Shown piece by piece: positions 1-13,600 of a stretch of 64,000 bases of DNA. Where the stretch lies: NCBI RefSeq assembly GCF_009914755.1, contig NC_060932.1, one strand, 5' to 3'. This DNA is from the human T2T-CHM13v2.0 reference genome, Homo sapiens. The notes below the pieces were generated by a model, which worked only from the letters and a program-made list of their open reading frames with translations, did no database searches and was not told where the DNA came from. Numbering within the stretch: position 1 is the first letter of the stretch; every line of letters starts with the position of its first letter. Position numbers and translations under genes: made by a program.

Positions 1-168
1 CACATTAAATTGAATTGAAACTGGAAGCTGGGGTAGTGGTGGGGATGGGAATATGGCATCAAACCAAGTTCTCTAATGCAGCCACAGATCAATCAGCAAG
101 TACATTTCTCAGTACTAAAATCCAAGATCTGGATTGGTCACTATAGGGGGTAAATAAAAAGGAAAACA

Positions 169-495
<327 letters not shown>

Positions 496-627
496 AGAAA
501 ACACCTTCAAGAATCCACAGAATAATGCCTTAAATTATCTCATTTAAAGAAGGGTGACAAGAGCTAAATTTGACCAGATGATTTATATACAGTACCATTT
601 AAGCATCAAAACAGCCACTTTAAGGGA

Positions 628-742
628 CCATTACTTTTACAAGTGAAAAAACTGAGGCCCAAAGTCACACAGCAAGTAAGTAGCAAGATAAAAATGTAAA
701 CTCACACCTGTTAGGTCCCAGGGTTTGTGCTCTCAACCACAT
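628..742 (-). mobile_element. MIR fragment
   Basis: TTTTACAAGTGAAAAAACTGAGGCCCAAAGTCACACAGCAAGTAAG resembles the reverse complement of the MIR core. Confidence 0.75.
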
Positions 743-779
743 CCAATCGCCTTGAGTCTCAGAGCGAGTTTTGTTGTCT

Positions 780-1190
780 ATGCTTTTTAAAATGTCACTT
801 CTATTTTTATAATTTAAAAGTATATATTAATTGCAGAATTGACCATAGTGCCACTACCCAGAGGCAACCAAATTTTGTTTTCAGTTTTTTTCTGTGAGAA
901 TAAATAAACAACACATATGTTTTCCTGATATTAGATCACTCTGTATACTTCACATGTTATGATAATTTTATTCACGTTTTGCACTGAACACTTTCTACAT
1001 TATTTCAACATTCACCTAAAATATGTTTTTATGCTACATATTATTTTAATTATGAATTAACAATAATTTAACTCTATAAAATCTTGCATCATTAGATATC
1101 TAGCTTGTTTTCTACCTTTTACTATTATAAGTAAAATTTTGTAAGCATCCTTGTGCATAAACATTTTTGTGCATCACTGATTATTTATTT
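780..1190 (-). mobile_element. Old L1 (L1ME-like) 3' fragment
   Basis: CCACTACCCAGAGGCAACCA and TTGTTTTCTACCTTTTACTATTATAA...CATCCTTGTGCATA motifs typical of antisense L1M 3' ends. Confidence 0.55.
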
Positions 1191-1310
1191 GGGGTTTCAA
1201 TTTTCAACTTTTATGGGAAAGGGAAAGAAAGTCACAAGGAAGTTAAGCTGTATCTGATTTCACACTGCTAAAGAGTAATGAACTCTAGACTTCAATGCAA
1301 ACCATCTAAT

Positions 1311-1549
1311 CCGGGTTTTCCCAACTTCATACACCGTTAACATTTTGAACCAGATAACTCTTCATTGTCAGGGGTCATTCTATGCATGGTAAACTATTAA
1401 GCCTCACCTCTGGCCTCCATTCCTAGAAGTCAGTAGCAAGAAACCCTCCACTCATGACAATAAAAATTGTCTCCAGATATTATTGTCCAATGTCCCAGGT
1501 TGGGCGAGGGGATCATAACATCCCTCTCCTCTCTCATTGAAACTCACTG
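1311..1549 (-). mobile_element. MER20 (hAT-Charlie DNA transposon)
   Basis: Collinear with the reverse complement of MER20: GGGTTTTCCCAAC...ACATTTTGAACCAGATAA...AAAAATTGTCTCCAGATA...TTGAAACTCACTG. Confidence 0.85.
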
Positions 1550-3570
1550 ATCGAATATAAAAGACTCAGACCCATTAGATCCATCTACATTATATAGACT
1601 TGATTTTGGAGGGAGAAGAAAAAATCAGCATATAAATATATTTCATTTCCAAAAACTGGTAAAGGTCCATGAAGGATGCGACAAGTATTTTGCACTATAT
1701 GAGACTATGTAATTGTCTTCAATTGACTTCAAGAAAACATAACGAACATTCCTGAACACCAAAACAATATCCAAAAATGTGCAGAAAAGAAGTACCAGTT
1801 TTGTGCGAAGAATGACAAACCTGAATATATAAAAGACGGTTTTTTAATAGCCTGCAATATAAGACACTTCACAGTAACCACTTGAAAAATGAAGATAAAG
1901 CCCTGAATAGAGACAGATTGATATGTAAAGAAAAAGAAGGAGTAGAGGTTAATGAATTATTTCTAAATCAATATAATGTAATAAAATTCCCTCTTCTGTG
2001 AAAATGTGAAATTTGCATTTATGCCCAGTGAAATATAGATGAACAGTGATTGTGCTTATTACACCTGTCATAGTGAAAAAAAAACAGGGCACATTATCTA
2101 CTAGTTACATTTGTTCAAAACTGATTAACCTTAATACATTTTTCCCTTCACTGATCTTATGGAGTTTACTGAATATAGCGCGTCTTGATTAAAATTGCCC
2201 ACATCTGAATTCAAGTCATCTTTTTTTCTAACTCATATCTCTTCGATTATTTCTTTAAATTAACTGTTTAACTAATGGGAATAATGCAATCTCTTGGTCA
2301 TTATATACTTAAAAACTCAGATAGGGAGTTTCCCAAAATAAAATTTTCAAGAAAATGAAAAGAAGATATTAGAATAACAGTGCTTTTGCCCTTTTCTATT
2401 GGTTTAGAATATAAATTTTTGAGAGTAACATGGAAGTCTTTATAAATAATCATTTTCCTTGTGTTCGAAATGCTATGTACTTGCAGTTTGCAAATATTCC
2501 ATTCTGCTTTGGCTAATTCAGGCATTTTTGAAGTTCTATTATTTGATACAAAATCCTTGAATCAATATTTTTGTTTAACTGGGTGTGTTTTTGTCATTTG
2601 CCTACCTAGCAACTGACTGAATTTCCCTAACAGTTGATCTGATTTTATCATTAAGAAAACTAAAAGCACCTATTTATTTGTCAGTCCACAGTGTATGAAG
2701 AAAATTCACGGCTCTTCTTTTTTCACTTGAGTCTGATCTATTACTATTGTGGCCAAACCTGCACAACTGAGATATGTGGGGATTCTTTTTCATCACAAAT
2801 CTGCATGGTAGCAAAAGGAGTAAAAACACAGGGCCAAAAGAGGTACATCCAGTGTCACAAATGAGACCAAGAATTTTCCAATCAGATTAACTCACTACAA
2901 TGATGAACATTATTTCTTTGCAAATAGAGACTTTTTGATTATTAAATGCGAACTATATCTGTCTCAATTAAATTTTTTTGAAAAATGCTCTATCAGAACT
3001 ACTTTTTGCAGCTTCATAATAATCTTGAGCTATACAATCAATACCCATACTTTTGGTTAATAATCTTTTGGGCCTGCACTTAGTAATATTTTTACAGAGT
3101 AAATTCATTTTCTGTTAGTGCATGCAGAAAGTGTAATATGAAAATAAAGCCATCCTTTTGTCATTTTAATTTACAATGGTTGACTCATTATTTAACTCAC
3201 ATCTAGCCTATAGTGTCTTTGACCTATTTACACAATCATCACGACCCTCCACCCCATGCACACTCACCCCACACTCCAGTCTCGGGCTTAGACTACTATC
3301 TGCCACGGCTTTCTCAAAGGAAAATATAGAGTGTGGTATGAGCTTAAGAGAAGAATAAAATTAATATATTGGAACAGAAGTGAAATAGTAAATATTCTGC
3401 TTGAATGAACAAACAATAACTTGTCCTTATTAGGTCTGCAGGATATACTACAACTGACTAACCATAATATACCCAGACATTTTTCAGAAAAAATTACCTC
3501 TGCCAAGTTACTTTCAATACATACTAAAAAGAAGGCTCAGTAGGTTAACACACATACATGCATGCATGCT

Positions 3571-3611
3571 GTCTCTCTCTCACACACACACACACACACA
3601 CTCACACACTC
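3571..3611. repeat. (TC)n(CA)n microsatellite
   Basis: Read directly from the sequence. Confidence 0.95.
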
Positions 3612-5997
3612 AACTAACAGGGCTTTAAAGTATGCCAAAGAGTCCCATTTTAAAAACACGCTGAAGAAGTACTCAGTACTGAGTTCTTAAAATATTTTAA
3701 AGTTCATTTAATTAATTTAAAACATGGAGACTGTAAGGGGGAAATGCACATTATAAAGTGATAAATGATTCTGTCTGTGATGAGAGAAATTCTACTAGGA
3801 ATAAGTAAGAATAAGCACAAATCTAGTTGTTTTTAGAACTTGCTGAGATTCAGTTCCTCTCCAGCAGATCCAAGAAAAGTGTGAGACAGAATAAATGTCC
3901 TATTTTCTCTTTTTGAGCCTGGAGATTACTTGAATAGGTGACTTCATCATTTTCTTGCACTGTTTGTAATTCTAGGACAATTGCCAATGACACGTTTTTC
4001 TCAGCTATTCCAAGGCCCCAATTCAAACTTGTTTACACAAAAATTGCCAGGAAACATATTTAGCGGCAATAGAGTCTCCCTCTCTTTCTCTCTCTGGTCA
4101 GAGCCCATCAGAAGGTGTTAAGATTTTTTTCCTGTGGCAATTAATATGCAATTGCCAACATCCATCATTTTTAATGCAAGTGATACTCATACCCATCAGG
4201 GAAATATATGAGAGACAAATACCAAGATTGCTTAAGGTTGGTCTCAAGGTCAATCTCTTCAATCTACCAGAAACATTCATAGGCAGCTGAAATTTCTTAT
4301 GATTTTTCAGTAATCTTTTAGAGCACCTTTCAGTAGACAAGTTGTATCTTTGTCATTTGAAGTGGCCAACACAAGTTTCGACTCAGAGACAGGCTTGGAG
4401 TAGGTTAAATGAAAGAGAACACATTTATCCCAAGACAAGATCAGTGGCAGACATCTCTCTTGGCACCCTTTTCCACTAGAGGGTTTGATATACCCCTTTG
4501 ATTTAATATAAGATTGTCTAAAAATAAACATATTTATTTTGTTTATAGAGGAAAAAAATGGTGGGGGTTTGAAAAATACTTCACCGCTAAACTTTTAATG
4601 GAAGATTGCTCAATTAAATAGATGTAGGAAAAGGTAAATTGTACAACCTTAGCAATTTTATAAATTGGCTATTCATCCAATTTAATTATGAGTTTTGAAA
4701 GTGTCAGTATGTTTTTATATGAAATGACAATGTCTAAGTATATAAGCCTTAAATTAAAAACATAAAACTTAAAAACCAGGACAAAATATCATTCTGCTGT
4801 GAAAAAGTAGTGAAAAACATGGACAATTTAGTGGCATAGACACTACAAAAAAAAATGTTCTTCCTTTTGAGTAAAAGAAAGAGGAAACCTACAGATTAAA
4901 TCCCCAAGGAAGTCAATTGAAAGGAAAGAGCAAGTATTAACGCTGTCATACAATTTTAAAATAGCACCAGATTAAAAAGAACCACCGGGTACTTTCATTC
5001 TTATTTTTTCCATAAAGAAAAGTTGTATCAGCTCTGGTAGAGCAGATCAGATGATTTCAGAAACCACATCCTCATTACTCAGAACCAGATTCCACCTTTC
5101 AGTATTTCAGTATTATTAGTTCTGTCCCCAATTTCTTCTTTTGAAACCACTGCATGTGTTCTCAGTGGTCCAGTGACCACCACTGATGTTAATCAGGTTC
5201 CTTATTTTCATAACCATAGTGATGTTTAAGATGAAGTAGGTCAGGCAAGAGAGGGAAAAGTTATAACTGGGGAGTAGGTCAATGTGTGCTAGGAATATCA
5301 AACACACACAAATTGACCTTACTATTTTTAAAAATGGTTGCTACATTAGAGTTAAAAATAATTGTTTGATTTATCTTTTCTAGTTTTTTTAATGATCTGT
5401 TTTCACAGTTGGTGAACACATCTCATTTTGATATTTCTATAGGAGTTCAGAACTTCAGAAGTAAACACTTCTTACAGTCACTCCTCTCCATGGTAGGAGA
5501 AGTGACTTACCCAAATTGAGACAGGAGAGAGCCAATCATCCATTTAGATATAATAATCAGGGCAGCATTGCTTCATGGACACACAGATATTTCCCCTCAC
5601 CCTCTCCTGCTCCCCCAGTACACAGGATGCTCTCCCATGCCTTTTTCACTCATAGGGAAGGTCAAGAGAGTCACAGCCCTTCTCTAGCTTCTTTGCCTGG
5701 GACCAGGAGTATCACTTGTCAGTTCAGAGTGCCCTAAACAGGCTCTCCTTTGTCTAATCCAGCTTCACCAAGGTATTGGTTATGTACTGCCACACAATAA
5801 ATGTATTTTGGTGCTTTAAAACACATTTAGCATTTGTAGTCTCTCGCACTTTTTGTGAGTCAGAATCTCATCTTTTTCTTAGCAGCATTCAATGAATCCT
5901 TCATTCTAGAAACACTCTATATCTTTGGTTTTCATGAGACCATTCTCACCTTGTTTTGTCCTATGACTTTTTTGAAAAAAACAAAAACAAAAAACCC

Positions 5998-6455
5998 TTT
6001 TTTTCTTTTTAAATTCTGGTAAAAAACACAGTGAAAATTTGCTATCTTAACCATGTTGAAATGTGCAGTTAGTAAAGGACATTCACATTGTGGTGCAAGC
6101 CATCACTACCATCCATCACTAGAACCCTTTTCATCTTGCAGATCTGAAACTCTACCCATTAAACAACTTCCCATCTTCCCATCCCCACAGCTCCTAGCAA
6201 CCAACATTCTACTTTCTCTATCAGTTTGACTACTCTAGGTACCTCATATGAGTAGAATCATACAGCATTTATCCTTCTCTGCCTGGCTTATTTCACTTGT
6301 ATAATGTCCTCAAGGTTCATCCATGTTGTAGCATGCATCAGAACTTCCTCCCCTTTTAAAGGCTGGAGAATATTTCATGGTATGTTTAGACCACATTCTG
6401 TTTATCCATTCATCCATCAGTGAACACTTGTGCTCCTTCCAACTTTGGGCTGTTG
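5998..6455 (-). mobile_element. L1MB-like 3' end, carried inside the retrocopy
   Basis: T-rich start, CATTCACATTGTGGTGCAAGCCATCACTACC, CTCTAGGTACCTCATATGAGTAGAATCATACAG. Confidence 0.85.
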
Positions 6456-6529
6456 GGTGTCCTGCCACTGTTGCTCCTAGTGCTCAATCTTGATTACTCC
6501 CTCCTAATCGAGTGTACAACGTTGGACAC

Positions 6530-6900
6530 TGTGCAGGATGATGCCACTTCATCTTGGATGCTAATCTGCCATGTTGACTTCTGATTAACCCCAGGCCCAG
6601 GAATGCCTCAAGATTTCTACTTTACTTACTGTTGCTTGTGTAAGCCAAGACAACCTTGATGTTATCATAAACGTGTACTTACCTAAGTCCTGTCCTTTGG
6701 CAAATTATGGGCTATGAGACACAGCATTCTTGCCTTTCCCTGAGGGGTCAGTTTCAGCGATCCTACACATTCCTTCTGAAGCACGTATGCTCTTTCTATA
6801 TGGTATGTAAGCTCTGGGTCTGGGGAGTAACAGTGCAGAGATCTACCTGTCTTGTTGCCACATGTTTCTAAACTTTCCAATAAATCACCTTCTACTGACA
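6530..6900 (+). mobile_element. LTR (LTR47-like), truncated at its poly(A) site, inside the retrocopy
   Basis: TG start, CATCTTGGATGCTAATCTGCCATGTTGACTTCTGATTAACCCC, TAAGCTCTGGGTCTGGGGAGTAA, AATAAA; family name from recall. Confidence 0.65.
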
Positions 6901-7679
6901 AAAAAAAAAAAAAAAAAGAAAAGAAAATCTGACAGGGCCCAGTGAGGTCAGCTCATCTCCATGATGCCTGGAGCCTCATCCAGAAATCTTGAAGGCTGTG
7001 GCCTCAAATCAACTGAAGGCTCACTCATGCATGTTCTTGCAGTTGATGCAGGCTGAGACCTCAGCTGGGACTGTTGACTGGAACATCTATACATGCCTTT
7101 CTGTATGGCTGGGGCTTTCTTATAATGTGGTAGCCAGCTTTGAAAGTCAAGTGAAGAGAGAGAGAGAGAGAAGGATTGGGAGGCTATACCCCTTATTACC
7201 CAGTCTCAGAAGTCATGGTAGCATCACTTGTACTCCATTGTTCAGCACAGTCACAAGGAGAGAGAGCTTAGACTCATCTTTCAGGAAGATGAGTGTCAGC
7301 CACATTGTAAGAAGAGCTTGTGGGATAAGATAGATGTATTGGCAGTGGCATCTTTGGAAGATACGATCTGCCACCACCAATAATAAATCAATATTGTGTG
7401 TTTAGCCTCAGTTCACTTCTGGAGAAAAAGTGAGATGTTAGGCTTCCCCATTCTCCAATTATTTTCAACCATTATTTCCATTTCGCAAGTATGAAGATTT
7501 CTCCATGCACTCAGCAATATGCTACAAAGTGTTACAAGAATATTTGTTTAAAGTAAGATACAAACTCTGCCTTCAGAGACCTAATAATTGCCAAGATCTT
7601 GATTTCCAGAGTGCTTTATATTTTAGAAATGTATTTGTATTGACAATCTTACTTGATCCCTGAAAGATTCTTATGATTG

Positions 7680-7755
7680 ATTGTCTATTTCGTCTCTGAG
7701 TAAACTGAAATTTCGAAGAGTTCGGTAACTTACTCAGAGCTATACAAGTAACACA
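7680..7755 (-). mobile_element. Degenerate MIR core
   Basis: TGAGTAAACTGAAATTTCGAAGAGTTCGGTAACTTACTCAGAGCTATACAAG. Confidence 0.5.
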
Positions 7756-8278
7756 CAATGGAAACAAGACTCAAATTATAAAGAAAATTTCCTAGGAGTT
7801 CTGTATAGTCTAGTGAAGCCCTTTTCTATTTTTATTCTCTCCTATTAAACTTTAGAGGTATGATTTAATTTAAAAATAAAGACATTTTGTTAAGAAAAAT
7901 ACTAGTTCAAGTACAACTACTCTAATCTTGTGTTTGATACTCCTCACCACACCCTCCACTCCCCACATTAAAGAAAGAAAACTAATCAGGATAACTAAAG
8001 GTAGAAACTGCCAAAGCAGGGAAGGGCAGCAAGGAGAGCACATCAGATAACTCAGCACCAAAGCAAGGGGTTTCTCTGTCCTCTGGTGGAACTGATTAAC
8101 TATAAGTCAAAAGGAATGGCTGTTTCACATCTCTTAGTGTTTCATAGATACATCCTAAATGAGTGAAGTGGGCATTTTACTGGTATATACTTTAGGAATG
8201 TTTGAAGGCTTCAAACATAGGCAAAAAATTAATATGTGGCAATGCAAATGAAAAGACATCTAATATTTATCTGGTGTT

Positions 8279-8659
8279 TGTATTCATTTTCTAGAACTGC
8301 CATAACAAAGCACAACAGACTGGGTGGCTTAAATGACAGAAATTTAGTTTCTCACAGCTCTGGAGGTAAGAAGTCCAAAATCAAGGTGTTAGCAGGGTTG
8401 GTTCTTTTAGAAGCTCGCTCTTTGATTTGCAGATGATGGTCTTCTGCCTGTGTCTTCACAGGCTTTCCTCTGTATGTCTCTTCTCACACACCATTCTTTT
8501 TGTAAGAACACTAGTCACATCAGAGTCCACCCTAATTACCTCACCTTGACTAACTACATCTACAATGTCCCTGTTGCCAACTACGTGCACATTTTGAGGT
8601 ACTGGGATTAGGACTTTAAGATATGGATTTTGGAGGGACACAATTCAACCCGTAATACA
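8279..8659 (-). mobile_element. MLT1B-like MaLR solo LTR
   Basis: CTGCCATAACAAAGCACAACAGACTGGGTGGCTTAAA ... CACATTTTGAGGTACTGGGATTAGGACTT ... GGGACACAATTCAACCCGTAATACA. Confidence 0.88.
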
Positions 8660-9409
8660 GTTCCATCAATTCTATTAAAAAAAAAAAAACAAATAGAGAA
8701 GGCTTGCTAATAACATTTAAGACAGAAGGTTATTCAGCTGTGTGCTGATCAGGATGACATAATGTTCCACTGTAAAGAGCAGAAGAGCTGGCAAAACAGA
8801 AAGCAAAAGTGAGTTGGTCCCTGTTAACCCATCCTTGGGTGACTTGAGTCATGGCATAGGCAAATCTGCGTGTTCATTGCTGGGGCAAGAGCCATCACAG
8901 AAGCATTTTTTGCATTACATTTTGGCTCCTCTGTCCACCACAATCTGCTTACTTAGGTTGTCCCTGTAACACTCTCCGTTATCAGTGTCTCTATTGATGA
9001 GGTCAATACACAGAAGGACAGGATCTACTCAGAAAGTTATTTTATAATAGTCTTGCTGCCAACTGTACAGGCAGAACCTAGGGATTTATAAATAAATAAA
9101 GGCAAACCTTCAGATACCTTGCCAAGTGAATTCAAAAGATATTCTGAAAGCATTGAGAGAAACGAAAATAAATTTTGATTCAAGACAATCCCAACAGTGT
9201 GGGCTTAATTCAGATATGACTTTTAAAATGTTAGAAGATGACTTTAAAATTGATCTAGATGTTATCTATTTTAAATGTATTTATCACATTATTGTTTGGG
9301 TCTCTTAATAAAAATATAAAAGGAAAATAAGTATCCTACCACATTATTCCTTTAGTTTATGCAAAGACATTCAAATGGAGAAGTGCCCAACAGCACTTGG
9401 CAAATCTCA

Positions 9410-9860
9410 TTTTTAAATGTTTTATTATAAAACACTTAAAATATGTGAAAAAGAGGTTAAGATAATGAATTTCTAGAGATACTCATCACAGGATTCATAA
9501 TTATCAAACATTTGCCACATTTACTTCATCTATTGTTTGTGCACGTGCACTCTCTTTTCTTTCTCTCTCCTCTCTCTCCCTCTTCCTCTCTCATGTCTCT
9601 CTCTTTCTTCCCTGCATAATTTTAATTCAAGTCCCAGCCATCATTTCACTCCTACATACTTCTGAACATATTTCTAAAAGTTATAAACATTTTCTTACAA
9701 TACTCAGTGCTATTATTAAGCCTAAAATATAGCAATAATTCCTCCATAGCATCTAACACATATTCACATTTCTCAGATTGTCTCTAAATGTGTTACAGTT
9801 TGTTTTATTTGAATCAGGATCAGAATAAGGTTTTTAAATCATAGTCACTTGCTACACTAA
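9410..9860 (-). mobile_element. L1MC4/5-like 3' end
   Basis: ACATTTGCCACATTTACTTCATC, TTTCACTCCTACATACTTC, TTTGAATCAGGATC motifs. Confidence 0.65.
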
Positions 9861-10433
9861 TTAGCACATTTTTAAAAATGTAATTAAAGACCTTAAACTC
9901 TGAACTCACGGGATTTAGATGAGACGTTCTCCTTATTTTCCTTAGAGAACTTCCCCACCCAGAACTGTCTTGACTTTGTTCCCACATATTTGCTCCACAC
10001 AAGCTAATCCTGGGTCAGGCCCCGTGTTACCCAATCTGAGAAAATCTCAAACACCTAAGAGAGGGAGGAGACAGACAAATCACCACAGGAAAAGAAAGGA
10101 TAAGAATATTCTGAGGCAGGACTTATGAAAATATGTTTTACTTCTTTGGGAAGAATTTGAATTTTAAAAAGCAAGTGGACAAAGAAGAGATATTGAAAAC
10201 TGTACCCCCACTATACCACCAAAGGCTTTTTGTTCTGGATACTGAATTCAGTTTGGAACATTCAGCTCTTATGGTCAATCCATTGTAATGAATGAGTGCA
10301 TGGTCCTTATTGTATTAAAGTGCATAGATATTTGTATTGAATGCAGAGTGGAAAAAAGATTCTCCTTTCAAAGGAGTAAATCTGTATGGGAATGAAAACT
10401 AGTATAATTATAATAACAAAACACATATATATT

Positions 10434-10987
10434 TCGGTAGGCAGAAGTCTAAGATGGTCCCCGAGATTTCTACTCCCTGGTATGCACATCTTGTATAATC
10501 TCCTCCACTTAAGTGTAAGTGGAACCTGTGAATATGATGGGAGAGTTGCTCTTGACTAGGTTACATTATATGGCAAATGGTGATGGGATAGACATCTCTA
10601 TGGTTATGTTATGGAGAGGGTTGGAGGTCAGAGGCAGTCTTGATGGTCTGGAAGAAGCGAACATCCATGCTGCACCTATAGGGACCCCATGAGGAGGAAT
10701 TGCAGCAGCTTCTAGGAGCTGGGAGCAGGACCTAGCTAACAGCCAGCAAGAAAATGGACATCTCATGACTATACCCACATGGAACTAAATTCTGCCAACA
10801 AACTGAATCAACTTTGAAAAGGACCATTTGCGGCCAACCTCTCAATTGCACCCATGTGAGACGTTGAGGCAAAGAGCCAGCTTGCCTGGACTCCCGCTCC
10901 ATGAAAACTGTAAAATAGTAAATATATGTAGTCTTAAGAAACTAAACTTGTGGTGATTTGATGTGCAGCAATAGAACATTAATATAC
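10434..10987 (+). mobile_element. MLT1E-like MaLR solo LTR
   Basis: GGTAGGCAGAAGTCTAAGATGGTCCCC start; ACAGCCAGCAAGAAAATGG; AATTCTGCCAACAA; GCAGCAATAGAACATTAATATA end. Confidence 0.85.
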
Positions 10988-11159
10988 CCTATGCCTATGT
11001 ATGTATTATATCTGTATGTTTATACATAGAAAAAACAGATGTCAGAAAGTTTAGGGTCAAGAGATAACTAGAATATAATTGTAACAAATAATATTAGGAG
11101 CAACTGTTTAAAAGATTAAAGGGAGAAGAGTGAAGTACACTTTTGGGTGCTAAACAATA

Positions 11160-11688
11160 GTCCTTGTTCCTTCTTTATTGCTAACAATGCCCTGATTTTG
11201 TTCAACATGTAAGTAGGTATGTCCTTCAATGAAGGAGGTGGCAGCCTCAGAGGGTGGACACTATCTGGTCGGATCCACTCATGGGCCTCACTGCCCTAGG
11301 TGTGGGCATGGGATGAAGCTCCGAACAGTGAGACATAAGGGGAAGTGGCTGTGAAAACTTCTTCTCACTGTTAAAAAGTTGCACACAGGAGGAAATTTTT
11401 TTTTTTTCATTTCTCCAGATTACCTGGATGTGGTGGCTGCAATTGCATCTGCTATCTTGGGTGAATAAAGAAAACCAGCATAAGAAAACAATCCAAAATG
11501 CTGAACATGGCAGAATACAAAAATAGAAAATATGAAGCTGTGACCTTGAAGATGTCATCGACCCCCTTAATAAAAAAAACATGAAGTCACCCTACCAGAA
11601 GACCTTTTGTTGTTTGAGTTAATAAATAATAAATTAAGCCATTTTAGTTGTATTTTCTGTTATTTGCTGCCAAAGGCATTCTAATGTA
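11160..11688 (+). mobile_element. Old MLT1 (K/L-like) LTR
   Basis: CCTGATTTTGTTCA; GGTGTGGGCATG; TTAAGCCATTTTAGTTGTATTTTCTGTTATTTGCTGCCAAAGGCATTCTAA end. Confidence 0.7.
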
Positions 11689-12299
11689 AGCTTTTAGGCA
11701 GAATTGTGCACATTGTGTGTGGAGAAAGAGCACATACTTGGTTAGTGCTTATTGTCAAGAGGTCAAAAGAAATTGTCAAAACTCTCCTTCTCTCTTGACA
11801 CATTTTAGACTCATCCTAAGGAATATGAAACTGGTATTTCACTAGAGTTACGGGAACTCATACTGTAGGCAAGTCTATGCCTGATGGTCTCATACACATT
11901 TTCTTCCTTATTCCCAACAATAGTCTTTCAATGTGGACATACATCGATTTCCACAGGGCCAATTGGAATCTATGATTCGTCATGAAAATCTGATTGTCTC
12001 TGACAGACAGTGCTTACCCAGCAGCCTTCTCAAATGGTGGCAGTATTTTCTCCCTCGGACCCCTAGCAAAATAAATAAATAAATAAATAAATAAAAACTG
12101 AATGTGAAGTAGTTGTCTGGTTTGACCTCATTGATGCTTCCAGACCATTCTCTTTACCTACAACCTTATGAGATTATATCATCCATTATTCTTACTTATG
12201 TTTCCTACCAATTCCAAGGTTTCTTCAATTCTCTTTTTATTTCTTCTCACTTCTCATGGCTCTCTGTTAGACCAAGACTACCCCAGTCTTAATTATTGG

Positions 12300-13600
12300 C
12301 CATTTCAGTATGCACATAAGTAATTCTTCCAATATTCCAGCATTCGGTCTTCAACTTTTCTCTTTCAATTTGTCCTCCAATTTATCTCAATGATTCAGTG
12401 ACTTTCTCTTATGAATCTCCCTCAGACCTTGTAACCATCGATACCCACAATCTCCCAACAACCTCAATTCCACGAATCCCTCTTTGAGCTCTACTTCTTT
12501 CCAGCTGTCTTCCTTTAGCGCTCTAATGCCAATCATCTTTCTATCCCATTGAGACTTTCAATTCATTGATCTCATCAGCTTTCACTCTCTTTCACCTCCA
12601 TGATCACCTCTCTTCCCTGATTAACTGGATTTATTTGCCCCTCAAAGTCTTCGTTGGGTTTGTTAGACAAAACTGATACAGGAGTTAAGAAGAAATCACT
12701 TAGGCAGATAGTAAGGGTATGGGAGTCCTCTGTAAGGCTTTTCCTTTTATGAAAAGCAGGCCCAAATCATTTTCTAACAAAGAGAAGCCGGTAAAGTTGA
12801 GCTGAAGACACAGACAAGCAAGCGGGGAGCTTGCACGGGTGAATGCTGGCAGGAACTAAGGACTAGACATGTTCAAGATGGTGGCTCCATCTTCTCTTTT
12901 CCATGTCAGCCACGTGTACAGTAAGAAGCAGACAAGATGGCCCCCAATCAACTGGAAAGCCCATTAGGGTGGGGTGAACAGCCTTCCCCTTGCGCTATGT
13001 AAAAGTCATACCTGATCAAACCAATCTGTGAACCCTATGTAAATCAGACACCACCTCTTCAAACCTGACTATAATATTGGGCGCATGAGCCCCCTGTCCA
13101 TCTTTTTGCTGAGAGACCACTTTATAGAGAAAGCTGTTTCTCTTTCTCTTCTCTTCTACTATTAAACCTCTGCTCCTAAACTCCTTGTGTGTGTCTGTGT
13201 CCTAAATATTCCTGGCACGCAACAACAAACCCCAGGGTATATACCTCAGACAATGTAGTCATTTCAAAGCCAAAGACATAGATAAAAGCAATAATCTCTG
13301 CCTTCTGCACCTGTATAACGAAAGAACATAGCAAAAGGAAAGCCCAACCACACTGTCCAGTACCATTTTGAATTAATGACTAAAAACCCCAAGCCTGCTG
13401 TTAATAATACCAAGTAAAATATAATCTGATACTATAATGCTATAGTATTACGTTATCATTAAGTTCATTTAACCTCTCACTATGGTAATAGTTGGCTTTT
13501 TCACACGTTTTCTTGCTCCTTAAACTGCTGACATTTCCTTTCTCATCTTCATGCACAACTGATAACTTTGCTTTCTACCAGTCTAAGAAAATAAAGCAGT
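12300..13600 (+). mobile_element. L2 ORF2 fragment (5' part; interrupted by an LTR9-type LTR; continues at 30361)
   Basis: Pyrimidine-rich L2-like sequence ending GATAACTTTGCTTTCTACCAGTCTAAGAAAATAAAGCAGT. Confidence 0.7.
12674..13266 (+). mobile_element. LTR9-family (LTR9B-like, ERV1) solo LTR
   Basis: TG...CA termini; TGATACAGGAGTTAAGAAGAAATCACTTAGGCAGATAG start; ATTAAA poly(A) signal; 4-bp flanks AAAC/AAGC. Confidence 0.82.

Larger units (their letters stand above)
5869..6925 (+). pseudogene. Processed retrocopy of a non-coding transcript 3' end (orphan retrocopy or transduction)
   Basis: AATAAA at 6879-6884, poly(A) from 6900, candidate TSD AGAATCT (5862-5868) / AGAAAATCT (6922-6930); interrupts an MLT1 LTR; no ORF of note. 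Confidence 0.8.
5773..7375 (-). mobile_element. MLT1G/H-like MaLR LTR, split by an insertion at ~5869-6925
   Basis: The halves 5773-5868 and ~6926-7375 join as GTGAGTCAGAATCT|GACAGGGCCCAG, matching antisense MLT1; the end GGCATCTTTGGAAGATACGATCTGCCAC matches the MLT1G/H start. Confidence 0.8.

Noticed and set aside
4098-4531. Two adjacent minus-strand ORFs in unique DNA as possible coding exons
   Set aside because: No recognisable protein similarity, non-ATG starts and no convincing pair of splice sites.
5500-5515. Strong minus-strand splice donor (GG|GTAAGT)
   Set aside because: No matching acceptor or open exon identified; isolated donor motifs are common.
7272-7294. 9-bp hairpin ACTCATCTT-n5-AAGATGAGT
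   Set aside because: Lies within an MLT1 LTR; a stem this short is expected by chance in 64 kb.
12067-12097. Isolated (TAAA)n tract as the tail of a hidden retrocopy
   Set aside because: No TSD, poly(A) signal context or recognisable body upstream; treated as a simple repeat.
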